Source: Callorhinchus milii
Lineage: Eukaryota
Assembly (NCBI RefSeq): GCF_018977255.1
Contig: NW_024704752.1
Span: 8,432,001 to 8,496,000 of the forward strand
Direction of reading: 5' to 3'
Length of the DNA: 64,000 nucleotides
In this document: positions 38,133-49,600 of the stretch, piece by piece
How positions within the stretch are numbered: the first letter of the stretch is position 1
How the letters are laid out: the number at the start of each line of letters is the position of its first letter
Position numbers and translations under genes: made by a program
Notes under the pieces: generated by a model
What the model was told of the DNA's origin: nothing
The model's input: the letters and a program-made list of their open reading frames with translations, nothing else
The model's database searches: none

Positions 38133-39155
38133 ATGGATACTTTGAAGATTGCAGTGGTATTGTTCCTGAGCTGTTCCTACAGTTCATCGTCCCCAATCAT
38201 CTGCCCCGATTCCTGCACTTGCTCCTTTTCGGATGATGTGACATCTGTGGTTTGTGTTTCGGTTGAATCCCTACTTGAGGTGCCAACAAACATACCAGAC
38301 AATGCAACCACTGTATCCATAGAATTCACCAACATCACAACCCTTAAAGCAAATGACTTTGTTGGCCTCTTTCACCTTCAAGAGCTTCATCTCTCAAACA
38401 ACAAGTTGACCAACATCACTTCAGGCCTCCTAAGAGATCTTGGTCAACTGAGAGTCCTGGATTTATCTGCTAACTTTCTGAACATTCTCCCACCCAAATT
38501 GTTCAATTTCTCCCCAAATCTGAACTCACTTGTTTTACAGGGTAACAGATTACAAACAGTAAATCCTATGTGGTTTGCTCATCTTCAGAATCTTCAATGG
38601 CTGGACCTGTCAGCCAATATATTGAAATCCTTGCTTCCCAATTCATTTCAAAACCTGACCAATTTGGTCACATTGGATCTCTCCAATAATAAATTTGAAA
38701 AATTACCAAGTCATCTATTTAACAATCTGCCAAAATTAAAAAGGCTAAATTTGGGAGCTAATCAGCTGCATTTTATTTCCTCTGGTACCTTTGATAATGT
38801 GCTGAATTTAAAGTATTTGTTTCTTGATAATAATAAAATTGTCAAGATACCAGTAGGGCTGTTTAATAAGCTATTACGTTTAGACACAATCGACCTTTCA
38901 GAAAATAGGCTGAAGTCGCTTCCCCCAGGAGTGTTTGATAAACTGGTGCAGATTGGAACAGAGTTTGGACAGGGTGTGGATCTCTCGATAAACCCTTGGG
39001 TTTGTGACTGTCAACTGAAAGATCTGTGGCGATGGCTGAAAAATAATTCAGAGAAAGTCTTCTCACTGAGTGCAACAGTGTGCGCAGAGCCGAAAGCGAC
39101 CAGTGGTGAACAGATTGCAACACTGCTTGAAGGGGAACTGTTGTGTCTCAATTAA
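38133..39155 (+). CDS. LRG1: Leucine-rich alpha-2-glycoprotein (LRG1)-like secreted LRR protein, 340 aa, single coding exon
   Basis: Signal peptide, LRRNT (CPDSCTC..C), eight 24-residue LRRs, LRRCT (NPWVCDC..L.RWL..CAEP), no TM segment. VSIEFTNIT, LQELHLSNN, QLRVLDLS and GVDLSINPWVCD..DLWRWL...EKVFS resemble human LRG1 as I recall it. Acceptor TTTTAG ends at 38126; AATAAA at 39210-39215. Orthology versus paralogy is unresolved. Confidence 0.85.
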   Translation: MDTLKIAVVLFLSCSYSSSSPIICPDSCTCSFSDDVTSVVCVSVESLLEVPTNIPDNATTVSIEFTNITTLKANDFVGLFHLQELHLSNNKLTNITSGLLRDLGQLRVLDLSANFLNILPPKLFNFSPNLNSLVLQGNRLQTVNPMWFAHLQNLQWLDLSANILKSLLPNSFQNLTNLVTLDLSNNKFEKLPSHLFNNLPKLKRLNLGANQLHFISSGTFDNVLNLKYLFLDNNKIVKIPVGLFNKLLRLDTIDLSENRLKSLPPGVFDKLVQIGTEFGQGVDLSINPWVCDCQLKDLWRWLKNNSEKVFSLSATVCAEPKATSGEQIATLLEGELLCLN

Positions 39156-41627
39156 TTTCTGCTAAGTTACTCAGAAATTGTGCTTTGAATCATGTAGTTA
39201 AAAAATGAAAATAAAGATGTTGCTTCAGTTTCCTTCTAAATTTTGTGTCAACATTTAAATATACTTTAATTGGGTGAAGTGATGCCACAGAAATTCACGT
39301 GAATCCGAAAAAAATCCACAACTTCGAACAAAAATCCTGACGGTTCTCTGGAATAATGGAAAATTCCAGTAAAATGTTGTAGTTTGCAGTTTACCAGCAG
39401 AGGTCACTGTCTGCAACAACCAGATGATTCCAGCCGTCACCTTCCCAGCAGATAAAATGTGTGTCAGAACATTGCTGTGCTCCTAACGAAACCATCCACT
39501 TTACACTAAGTAGCTCAGGGCATAAATACAACAACACTTATTTCGATCTGGCATTTTTAAATTAAGAAAACTGAGAAGGGCTGTAGATTGTTGAAACTCT
39601 TGTCAAGTTGACCATTACTCTGTTGTACTGCTCTGCATTTTGACTATGGTGGAAATCACTGAACATTTGTTATGGTAATGAGGAAAAAGGGACATGCAAA
39701 CGTTTTCTTATCTAATGTCCTTGTTTTTGCAGTCAAGTAGAGAAGAAATATCTAAATGAAATGGTCTTTGCTTGGTGAGGAGTAAAAGCGAGGAAATGTA
39801 ATGAGTGAGACAAACTAGATGATCTTGCAGTTAGAGTGGAAGGAAAGGCTAAGCAAACAAGTCAGGTATTCTATAAACATAGCTAGTGTAGTTGTTGCTT
39901 TTTGGAACAGATCCAGGAAAGAAGACAACGAGAAGGTGCCACTTAAAGAAGACGAAACTCCTGCAACTACTAATTCTGTTCTCCTGATTGGTAACTTTGT
40001 CTTTCTGTACAAATTAATTGTGCCATAAATTTTTTGCAATTCACTCAAACATCTCTGTGAGCTTGATAATCTTGATGGTCAAATACACTGACAATTCACT
40101 TCAACAGGGCCAATGTCATTCATCACTGAGAGTAGAAGTGAAACATGCGGCAATACAAGAAGCAGTATCACCTTCAGACATCCTCCCGAAGTGAAAGGTG
40201 CTATATAAATGCAATTTGCTGTTGTTGTGGTAAAGTAATGCTTTCCCACGTGAATAGAATGCTGGGAGAAGGAAGGAATCTCAGTTTTTGAGGCCTGGAA
40301 AAGATTGAGTTTGTCTGCAAGTCTATCCAATTAATTTTGATTTCAATATAATGAGGATAGCGAGAAGAAAGTGCTTGTGATACTGAGCAAGGGAGGAAAA
40401 TTCAGCACAGAGTCGGTATCATGGTAATGTGTTAGTATCAATAAAATAGAGGTTAAGGACGGTTGTGATGTAGAGAGATGAAAGGCCAAAAGTGAGAGGA
40501 ATAGTCAACAGCTTTTGTATACAATCCAGGAGTGAAAAAACAGGTGGAGGAAGAGCACCAACCCCCACCCCCCGACCTGATGTGATAGCAGTATTCAAAT
40601 CTTTGACAGGCTTGTGTTTTTTTGACAGCTAAGTGTTGTCCAATGGAAAATAAGTATTCAGCACAAGAGGGAAGAATTAGTAATGGCAATCATGTAGACA
40701 TTCTATTTAACAACAACAAATTACATTTGTATGGCACGTCACATGGACGACCCACAGTCAAGGATTTGCACTCGACCTGGGGGTTGGAATTAAGAGGGGT
40801 GGAGGGTGGCCGAAGACAAGGTCGAAGAAGAAGGTCTTGAGGCAGGCCTTGAAGGAGGCAAGGAAAGGTCAAGGCGGAGGAACTCCAGGATGGAGTTCCA
40901 GAGGGTCGGTCTGAAAAGCTGAAGGCCCAACTGCCAATGGTGGGCTTGCCAGGCAGGAGACATGGAAGATATCACATTGTATCATATCACACGATAGTTC
41001 GAGCCAGAAAGTCATTTTGCAGATATCACTGAAGAATGGACACTTAAACAAGTTACTGGAAAGTGGTAGAAACTTCTGAAACTGTATTTGAGTAAAGCAG
41101 AAGAGAAAAATTGAACAGTAAATGAAAGAAACATCAGTCTTCAAAAAACTATAATGTATAAATACACTAAAATATGTGAGAAAACATAAATTCATCATTT
41201 TATTTGATCAAAAAAATTGCATAAACAGGACAGAGTTGTGCAATAGCATTCCAAATTCAGAGGCACCAGATAGAGTTATCATTACTCTTTTCAGTAATCC
41301 CTACTCCAGAAACAGATTCTCAGAGACTATACTATACATTCCTCTGTTTCCTTTGCTTTGACCTCGGCAAGTACCTTGCATTGGATGTTCATTGCATGTG
41401 GATTACACTGTACCTTCTTCAAGCCTACTGAACCACAGAAATCAAGATAAGCTTTGAACTAAAAGGTAACCTTCACTGGTATGTGCCTGATCATTCAATG
41501 GCCAACTGCAACCAATTTTGATGAGATCAATTCATACCTAGAGGCATTTCACACAGTGATGGAATAATATACTAGTTGCACACTATTGAAAGTGGGCTAC
41601 CTCTAGTAGGAGGTCTGGACAGGTTCT

Positions 41628-41986
41628 TTGCATTTGATATAGTGCCTTATCATGTCTTTGAGACATCTCAAAGCACTTCAAAGAATATACTGTAGAGTGA
41701 ATTCACTGTATATTTTGTGGGTGAAACGCAGCAGCCAATTGTACACACCAGTGTCCCACAAACAGTCATGGATTCAGTGACCAAAATATTTTAATTCTGT
41801 TTGAAGGAATTATTACCCCAGGAAAAGCGATCTGTCAATCGACTAACAACCGGGTTCCTACTTTCTGCTAGGTAAACAGAGTGGAGTGGAGTAAGGAAAC
41901 TTGCCCAACATTTCACACTGCCGGGAATCGAACCCAGGTGTCTCGCTTGTGAGGCGACTGCTCTAAACACTAAGCTACATGACTCC
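41628..41986 (-). mobile_element. tRNA-derived SINE, longer and older subfamily
   Basis: Same head and tail, with an extra internal segment shared with 51077-51450. Confidence 0.8.
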
Positions 41987-43633
41987 ATTCCTCCTGGGGA
42001 GATACCTGCTGTGCACTGACTGAAGTCTCTTGATCCCTCCACCAGCGAGAGATATCTGTATAGTGATTGGTGCTCTACTCCCTCAAGGATATAGTGTCTG
42101 CAAACTGACAGGTCTCTCCTTCATTCTCCCAGGGAAATATCTGTACACTGGCAAGTGGCTTTCGCCTGTTTCATTAGGGAGATATGTGTAAACTGGCTGA
42201 TACGCCTTTCGCCCACAAATATACGGTCAATTCACTTTACAGTCTATTCTGTGAAGCGCTTTGAGACATCAAGAAGACGTGAAAAGCGCTATATCAAATG
42301 CAAGGATTATTATTATATTTTATTATTATTATTATGTCTACCACACTCCCTCAGGGAGATGGATATCTGTATAGTGACTAGTATCTCTCTTTTCTTCCTC
42401 CAGATATATAGTACTGTACTGTCTGGTGTCTCTCCTTTATTTCCCCAGGAAGATATCAGTACTCTGACCCTGCAATAACCACTCATTTGCTGAGGTTTCC
42501 CAATCTCTTCCTGTTTCAGCATTTTAGACTCAAATGCCTTATCAAACAAAGTTGCAGATGAGACATTTTGCACAAAATTCTGTAGCATTAATGTGAATTG
42601 AACTTCAGTGACACCTTGCATGTGGAGTTTGACGTTTCACTCTGAAGACTGAAAACCTTCCTCTACAACTGTGCTTATAGTCACCTTCACCCTCCCCCCA
42701 GCTCAGTGTCAGGCTCCACCACTGTTAAGCACTCCAAGACGCTGCCCCGTGTGAAGGACGCTATATAAATGCAAGTTGTTGATGTGTACACTCTTCTTGC
42801 TAATCACAATCAGGCACTGCCTATAAACTACATCTTTTCCTGTATTGTCCAAACATTCTGTGTTGCAACTTGTCTTTCTCTAATCAATTGATATTACTAT
42901 GGTCCTCTGAACTTCCCATTTTTGTTCTTTCCGAATCAGCCAAGTCTTACACATTCCTCCTAGCTGCATCCGCACAATTGAAAGCACTCTTACACTTACT
43001 CATTCTTCTCCAGACTTCTAAGCTGTGGAACTCTTTCCCTCCCTTAGTCTTCTTTTCCACCTACAGGTTTTATACTTTTAAAGCCCAAGCCCATCATCCA
43101 ACTGTTATATCCAGATGTATCTCAGCTTCTCTGCCTTTTCTGCACTATATATACCTCCCCTCTACAGCTAACTTTTCATTTTAAAAACACGCACATCCAC
43201 ACAAACACAGCCATAAAATGCACACCAGAGCAGTACAGTATATAACTACTCAATACAGTGGTAGAGAATTCACAGCATCAGATGATGTTAAAGGGGCAAT
43301 GTACGCACCAGATTTGTGGAGGACACAAGCACATGGAACCAATGTCAAAAATCAACTAGAAACATAAACCATTCATGATTTCATTGCATTTCATGGTGTA
43401 TTTAAAACAATGCACAATATTATAAAAATGTTTTAGTATTTTGCTGCCTTGCAACAATTAGCAAGCAAAAAAGGCACAGTGAATATTGTTGTACAGAACC
43501 TATTAAGACACGACTCAGATGAACTTGTTTGGTTTATGTTATAAGCCCTTGAAAGTACAGTTTGTGGAGAAAGTGAGCGGCTGATGAAAAAGAGGGGTGA
43601 AACATTTCAGAGATTTCTTTGTTTCACCCTTGG

Positions 43634-46600
43634 TTAATACTTGTACATCATGTCTGCTATTGCATCAGGGAGATGGGTCAGGATCTGCAGTCGAATCCAC
43701 CAGTAGGTATCCATTGGTCTGTAGCGACGATACGGATATTTCGAAGTCAGTGCATCAGCCATTGCATTAATGACGGGAGAAATGTCTTTCGAACCATTGC
43801 TACACTGCGATTTCATTGCCATTGTCCGCCGATCGAAATGAGACTTGCCGTAATCTTCCCGTACACTGTCGGAGCTTTCCTTCCAAATGGTGTCGGCTGT
43901 GCTCCCAATGTGCTCACGGGTCAGAAAGCTGTAATTGCCTGGTTCGATTATGCTGACTTTGACACCCCAGTGCTGCAGCTCATAACGCAGGCAGTCAGAG
44001 AACGCCTCAACCCCATATTTTGAAATGCAGTAGGAAGATTGGCCAGCCTGGCCCATGCACCCGAACATACTGCTTATGTTCACAACACGACCTGCAAGAA
44101 TTTGAGAGCAGAAAAGGCTATTGCAGCTTTCTTTGCACTCTGAAGCTGGGTATTGGCATTGGTAACATCAAAACAATTAATTCTAATTTCTTTCTATCCT
44201 GAAGATGCTGACGCTGTTTTTGAGGTAGTAAACACATCAGAGTGGCTCAGCACACAGAGGGGGGGTTCATCACTAACAATAGACATGATCAGAAGCTAGC
44301 TTTTCTGTAAGCAATCTTCCTTTGAAACAATCACGGTCAGGAATTTCTGGTTATGCTAAAGATGCTGGGGAGGTATAGATAAACTGAACCTTAGTAATAT
44401 GTTTAACATTGTTTAACAAAGCCTACAAGGAAGCATTACCTCAAGCTCAGCTATTTCATCTGGTTTTAGCCTGTAAAAACATTTTGTTTTAATTTGGAGA
44501 CACATATTGAATGGCATAATTTATTACATTTATGTACCCCTATCATGTTGTGAGGACATCGCAAAGTGCATGCAGAAAGATGATTTTAATTTTAAAGGAG
44601 TGCAATAGACTTGTCCAGTCCTGTACATTCATATCCTACGTATCTATCCATTCATCTGTCAATTACAGCTACTATTTCAGAGGCTGTGTTATCCAGCAAT
44701 GCATTCAACGTTTTGGAAAATAAAACAGGAGGTGGGGAAAAATGTACCAACATTCTTTTGCGTCAACTGGTTCTGACACAAGTAGAAACCCATTACCATG
44801 TTTAACAGTATCCAAACCAGACTTCCATGCATTCCACTTATACTTGGATATTCTTGATATTTATTGGAATGGAGTGCGCATCCTGCTTACCTATTTCCAG
44901 TGAGCATTATGCGCAGGTTGGCAAGAGCCAAGGCTTGGGGAACCAAGAGTGTGCGTTGGGAATCTGGAATCTAACCAGCTAAAAACACATCAATAGCACT
45001 GTCTGGCAAACTTTCCCAATGCTTGTCCAGCTAGAAACACCCTTATGTTAGAGCTTTGGGTGGTAGGGTTAAGAGGAGGGACAGAAGAGTATCTGCCCCC
45101 AGTTACTGAAGTAACACCATAGGAATCTAAGTATGAAAATATATCCAGTATCAAAATAACTGTGGTTGATAATGAACCAGTTTAATTTCAGGAGCTCATT
45201 TTTCACTCACCCGTAGCTTTGCGGATAAGGGGGAGGAATGCCTTAGTGACTCGGATTGTTCCCCACAAGTTGACATCTGCTAGCTCCTTGTACCTCTCCA
45301 TGCCTGTAAATTCCACTTCCCCAAATGATGAGTCACCGGCAATGTTCACTACACCCCAGAGACCTCAAGATAGCACAAAAAAGAAAGGGAAAAATATTTT
45401 TAAATCAGTGCAATGTGGGCGTATAAACAATCAGCACAATATGCCTATCTATACCTAGTACAGTCGCTCAAATAACAAGAAACATATTGCGTAAATTCCA
45501 GGAAAAACATTTTTAAAAGGTTAACTACTAAATGTGATCTGCAGTCCTCCTCCACTGCAAGGACAAAGCAAGGTTTCAAGTCCTCCCACAAACCATTTCT
45601 ATAGGGAGTAATCTTTGACTTGATCTTTTTGGAATATGCCATTTCTCTATATTTATTAATTCCTTGTTAATTTTCTCTCTACAAACATCACAATTTTGTC
45701 TTTCTCATTTTTAATCACTATTATAATCAAACTGAAGGACACTGAGTTGGCTATAATAGTATCTTACAGAAGAGGTATCTTACAGAAGAACTTGGAAATT
45801 CCAGATTGTTCAAAGCATACAGGAAGTAAAGAGGCGCATTAAAAAAACTACAGAGATACAAAGAATTAACTTGTGGTATACTCTTTGCTCTGAAACACTA
45901 CAGAGTGTGTATTAAAAACCCAAAACAATAATAAATTGGTCATTTTCAATCTACGACTGTTTGTGGGACATTGCTGTGCGCAATTGGCTGCCGCGTTCGC
46001 CCACAAATATACAGTCAATTCACTTTAGAGTGTGTTCTGTGAAGCGCTTTGGGACGTCCTCCGGACGTGAAAAGCGCTATATCATATGCAAGGATTATTA
46101 TTATTGTGTAGCACCCTGACTTAGTTATTAGTATTTGGCTCTGCATCAGACGTTTGTAGTTCAAGCTCCATGACAGGACGTTGAACTCATATAGTCTCGG
46201 CTGACATTCCAATACAATAATAAAATAATAATAATCCTAGCATTTGATATAACGGCTTATCACGTCGTTGAGACATCTCAAAGCTCTTCACAGAATATAC
46301 TGTAAAGTGGATTGACTGTGTATTTTGTGGGCTAATTGCGCACAGCGGTGTCCTACAAACAGTCGTAGATTGAGTGACCAATTTTCTTTTTGAAGGGATT
46401 ATTACTTGTTGGGGATGAGCTGCATTGTTGAAGGTGGTGTTCTTCAGATGACATATTAAATCAACAGTCTTTGCCTGCTCAGACACACAATGCAGATCCC
46501 ACAGTACTATTTGAAATGAAAAGGAGTATCTCCCGGTGTCCTGGCCAATAATAACCAATTAAATAAAATTGATTATTCATTTCATGGCCGTTTGTGGCAT

Positions 46601-49600
46601 ATCACCATGCACAAACTGACTGATACTTTCATCTACAAAATATAGTCATATCAGGTGAAGCTCTTTGAGACATCCTCCTGACATGAAAGGTGCTATATTA
46701 AATGTAAGGATTATTGTTAGCGGTAGTATTACAGCAATCAGAAGGAAACTATCACCTAACCAATCTGAAATAGATTGAGGACTGTTGTGCTGAATACTCT
46801 CCACTCTGTGTTAACACAGTTGCCCTCGCAAAGAAGACGTCTCATTGCTTTGTGAAACTGAACCCGTCATACATACCCTTTTCGTTTTCCTTCAAGTGGC
46901 TCTTCACAGATTCCACGGCCTGAGCAACATCCTCATCGCTGCAAACGTTCAGCTGAAGCACATTCATTCGGTCACATTTCATGTTCTCTAGTACTTGAGC
47001 ACCTTCGCCATTTTTGTCCTGCCAAAAATAAGTTAAAAATTGTTTTTCAACAACGAAATCTAACATTGACATTCCATCCAATGGCTAGCTGGTAAATACA
47101 TTCCTCAAGATCAATCTCTGTCTGTTCAGTGAGCTGATCTAGAACAGTAATGAGAGTGAGAGGGGTCTACAATTGTCCTCAGTACCCATAGACTTGAAAG
47201 CGAAAAGATCATCCAAGAATGTAAATTGAACCTGTGACTTTCCCAATCAATATGATCTCTGTTTTAAACAAAATAGTGATTTTACCAATTGAACCAATCA
47301 TAGAAATGTTAAATTACAACAGTTTTAGCCAACATGCACTTTATTTGCTACATGTGCAAACTAAAGAATTGGACAGTCAATGTGACTGCACACCCCAAAA
47401 TTTTCACTCCTTTTCTATTGAAGTCATTTCGACTTCGATGCAGTTCAAAAAATAGTGGTTTTGTGAGGCCATATTTGGGGCTTAAAGCTGCTAAGTTATA
47501 CAAGGAAAAGAATACCAGGGGAGATACGCTGTTCCAGTATTGAAGTCCTGGGAAAGAATGAATTAGAGTAGGACACGGTGCTTCAAACCTGGTCAGTGAG
47601 TACTGGCAGACTATTTGGCCATGGAGCCAATCATTGATAAATTCAATCCTCTCCTCACCAACATCTATTGCATATATTCATTCCAGCAACGGACCAAGGC
47701 AGGAGCATGAACCCAAGTAACCTCCCTAGCACAGAGCTGCTAGAACCAAATATAACTTACCAATTGCAATCCCAGTTAACAGTCAGCTAACTCACATGTT
47801 ATGGATTATCAGGTTGCTTTGATAACTTCTGGGAATTTCTTTCATTGAACTTTTGGAACTGATTTCTGTTTGCTTTTATCAGCCCCTGAGACACGTGGGC
47901 CCTTGCCTGCAAGCAGAGTTTGCCTCCTTCCCAACTTTATTTCACCCTGATCCCACAGAACAAACATGCAGCCAGCACAACAACACATTGTCCAGCAGCT
48001 TAAAAACTGGAATGCTGAATAAACAGTAAATACAGATACACAGTGAGCAACCCTCACGCTGCTGAAGCAACGTGTACAGTTGCACAGCAAATAAACAGGG
48101 GATCAAAAAGTTACAAGCACACTGAGTAGCCTTAACTGAAATTTAAAATTTCAGGATCTCTATACAGTTAATAGAGGAAGCAATGTCATACCAGAAGATG
48201 CGACCAGTATTTCTAAAATGCTTAGTCAGATTTTCACCAGTCTCCAGTGACTCCAGGTTCCTGTTAATTGGGTGCTTTACAACAATAAAATTACATTTGT
48301 ACAGCAACTTTCACATCGGGAGGACGTCCCAAGGCGCTGGACAATCAATGTTTCGGACCCGAGTTGGGGTTCGGGATCGGGCAGAGTGGAGGGCAAGGAG
48401 CGAAGGAGGGTGACCGAAGGTGAAGAGGGTCTTGAGACAGGTCTTGAAGATGGCAAGAGAGGGTCGAGGCGAAGGGACTACGGGATGGAGTTCTAGAGGG
48501 TGGGGGCAGAGTGGCAGAAGGCCTGCCCACCAATGGTGGGGCAGCGAGGCAGGGGACGTGAAACAAGCCAGAGCCCGCTGAGCAGAGGGAGCAGGCAGGT
48601 TGGCAAAGGGTTAGGAGGTCGCAGAGGTGGGGGGAACAAGGCCATGGAGGGCTTTGAAGGTGAGGACCAGGATCTTGAACTGTATCCTCTGTGTGATGGG
48701 AAGCCAGTGGAGTCAGGCAAGGATGGGGGTGATAGGGTAACGGAGCCAGGTGTGGGAAAGGACACAAGCTGCAGAGTTCTGGATGATCTGCAGCCTATGG
48801 AGGGAGGAATTGGGGAGGCCAACAAGTAGGCTGATTGCATAATCAAGCCTGGATGTTATGAATGCATGTATGAGGCCTGTGATATGTGATAGTGGCAGAG
48901 CCGGGCAATCTTGCGGAGCTGGGGGAAGGCAGAGCAGATCATGGGCCGGGTGGGGTAGAAAGGATAGTTGAGGGTCAAACAAGATGCCAAGATTCCGGAC
49001 TGGCTTATTAAGTAGAGTGTGCATCCTTGGATGGTGATGCTGTCAGCACCTTAAGTGTGGAGGTGCTGACGGAAGCCAATCAGGAGAACCTCAGTCTTGT
49101 TGATGTTCAACTGTAGAAGGTTAGCTCTCATCCAGGACTTGATGTCTGACAGTACTGGCTCTTCCACTGAATTTAAGCACTCTAATCCCATTCCACTGCT
49201 TTTTCACAATAACATTCAATATAATTCTGCTCAAGAATTTATCCAATTGCTTTTTTAATGCTGTCTTGACTTGATATTGTCATTTATGGTAAAACAACCC
49301 TCCATAGAAATAAAATCTTTTAACTTCCCTCTTTTTTCTTCTGGTGATAATCCTCAGTATGTGCTTGGTTGCAAAAGCTAAGGGGATATAACTAAATATG
49401 GTCACCTTCTCTGCATTATTGAATACAGGAAGTATGCGAATGTGGTTGTGTACCTAATCGTTCTCCGACCTTTTACAAAAGAATGGTTTGTTCCTTATTT
49501 TTTCTTCCTTATAACTCTAGCACTTGATGTTCGGGGAAATCTTCTTTTCCCAGAAAATCAAAAGAGATCTGGAAGAATAGGGAATTAAAGGGACGAACAC

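Noticed and set aside
39730-40030. Purine-rich exon-like segments downstream of the LRG1-like gene
   Set aside because: No consistent reading frame, splice chain or recognisable product could be built.
43619-44023. 134-aa plus-strand ORF
   Set aside because: Antisense shadow of the last exon of the BDH1-like gene.
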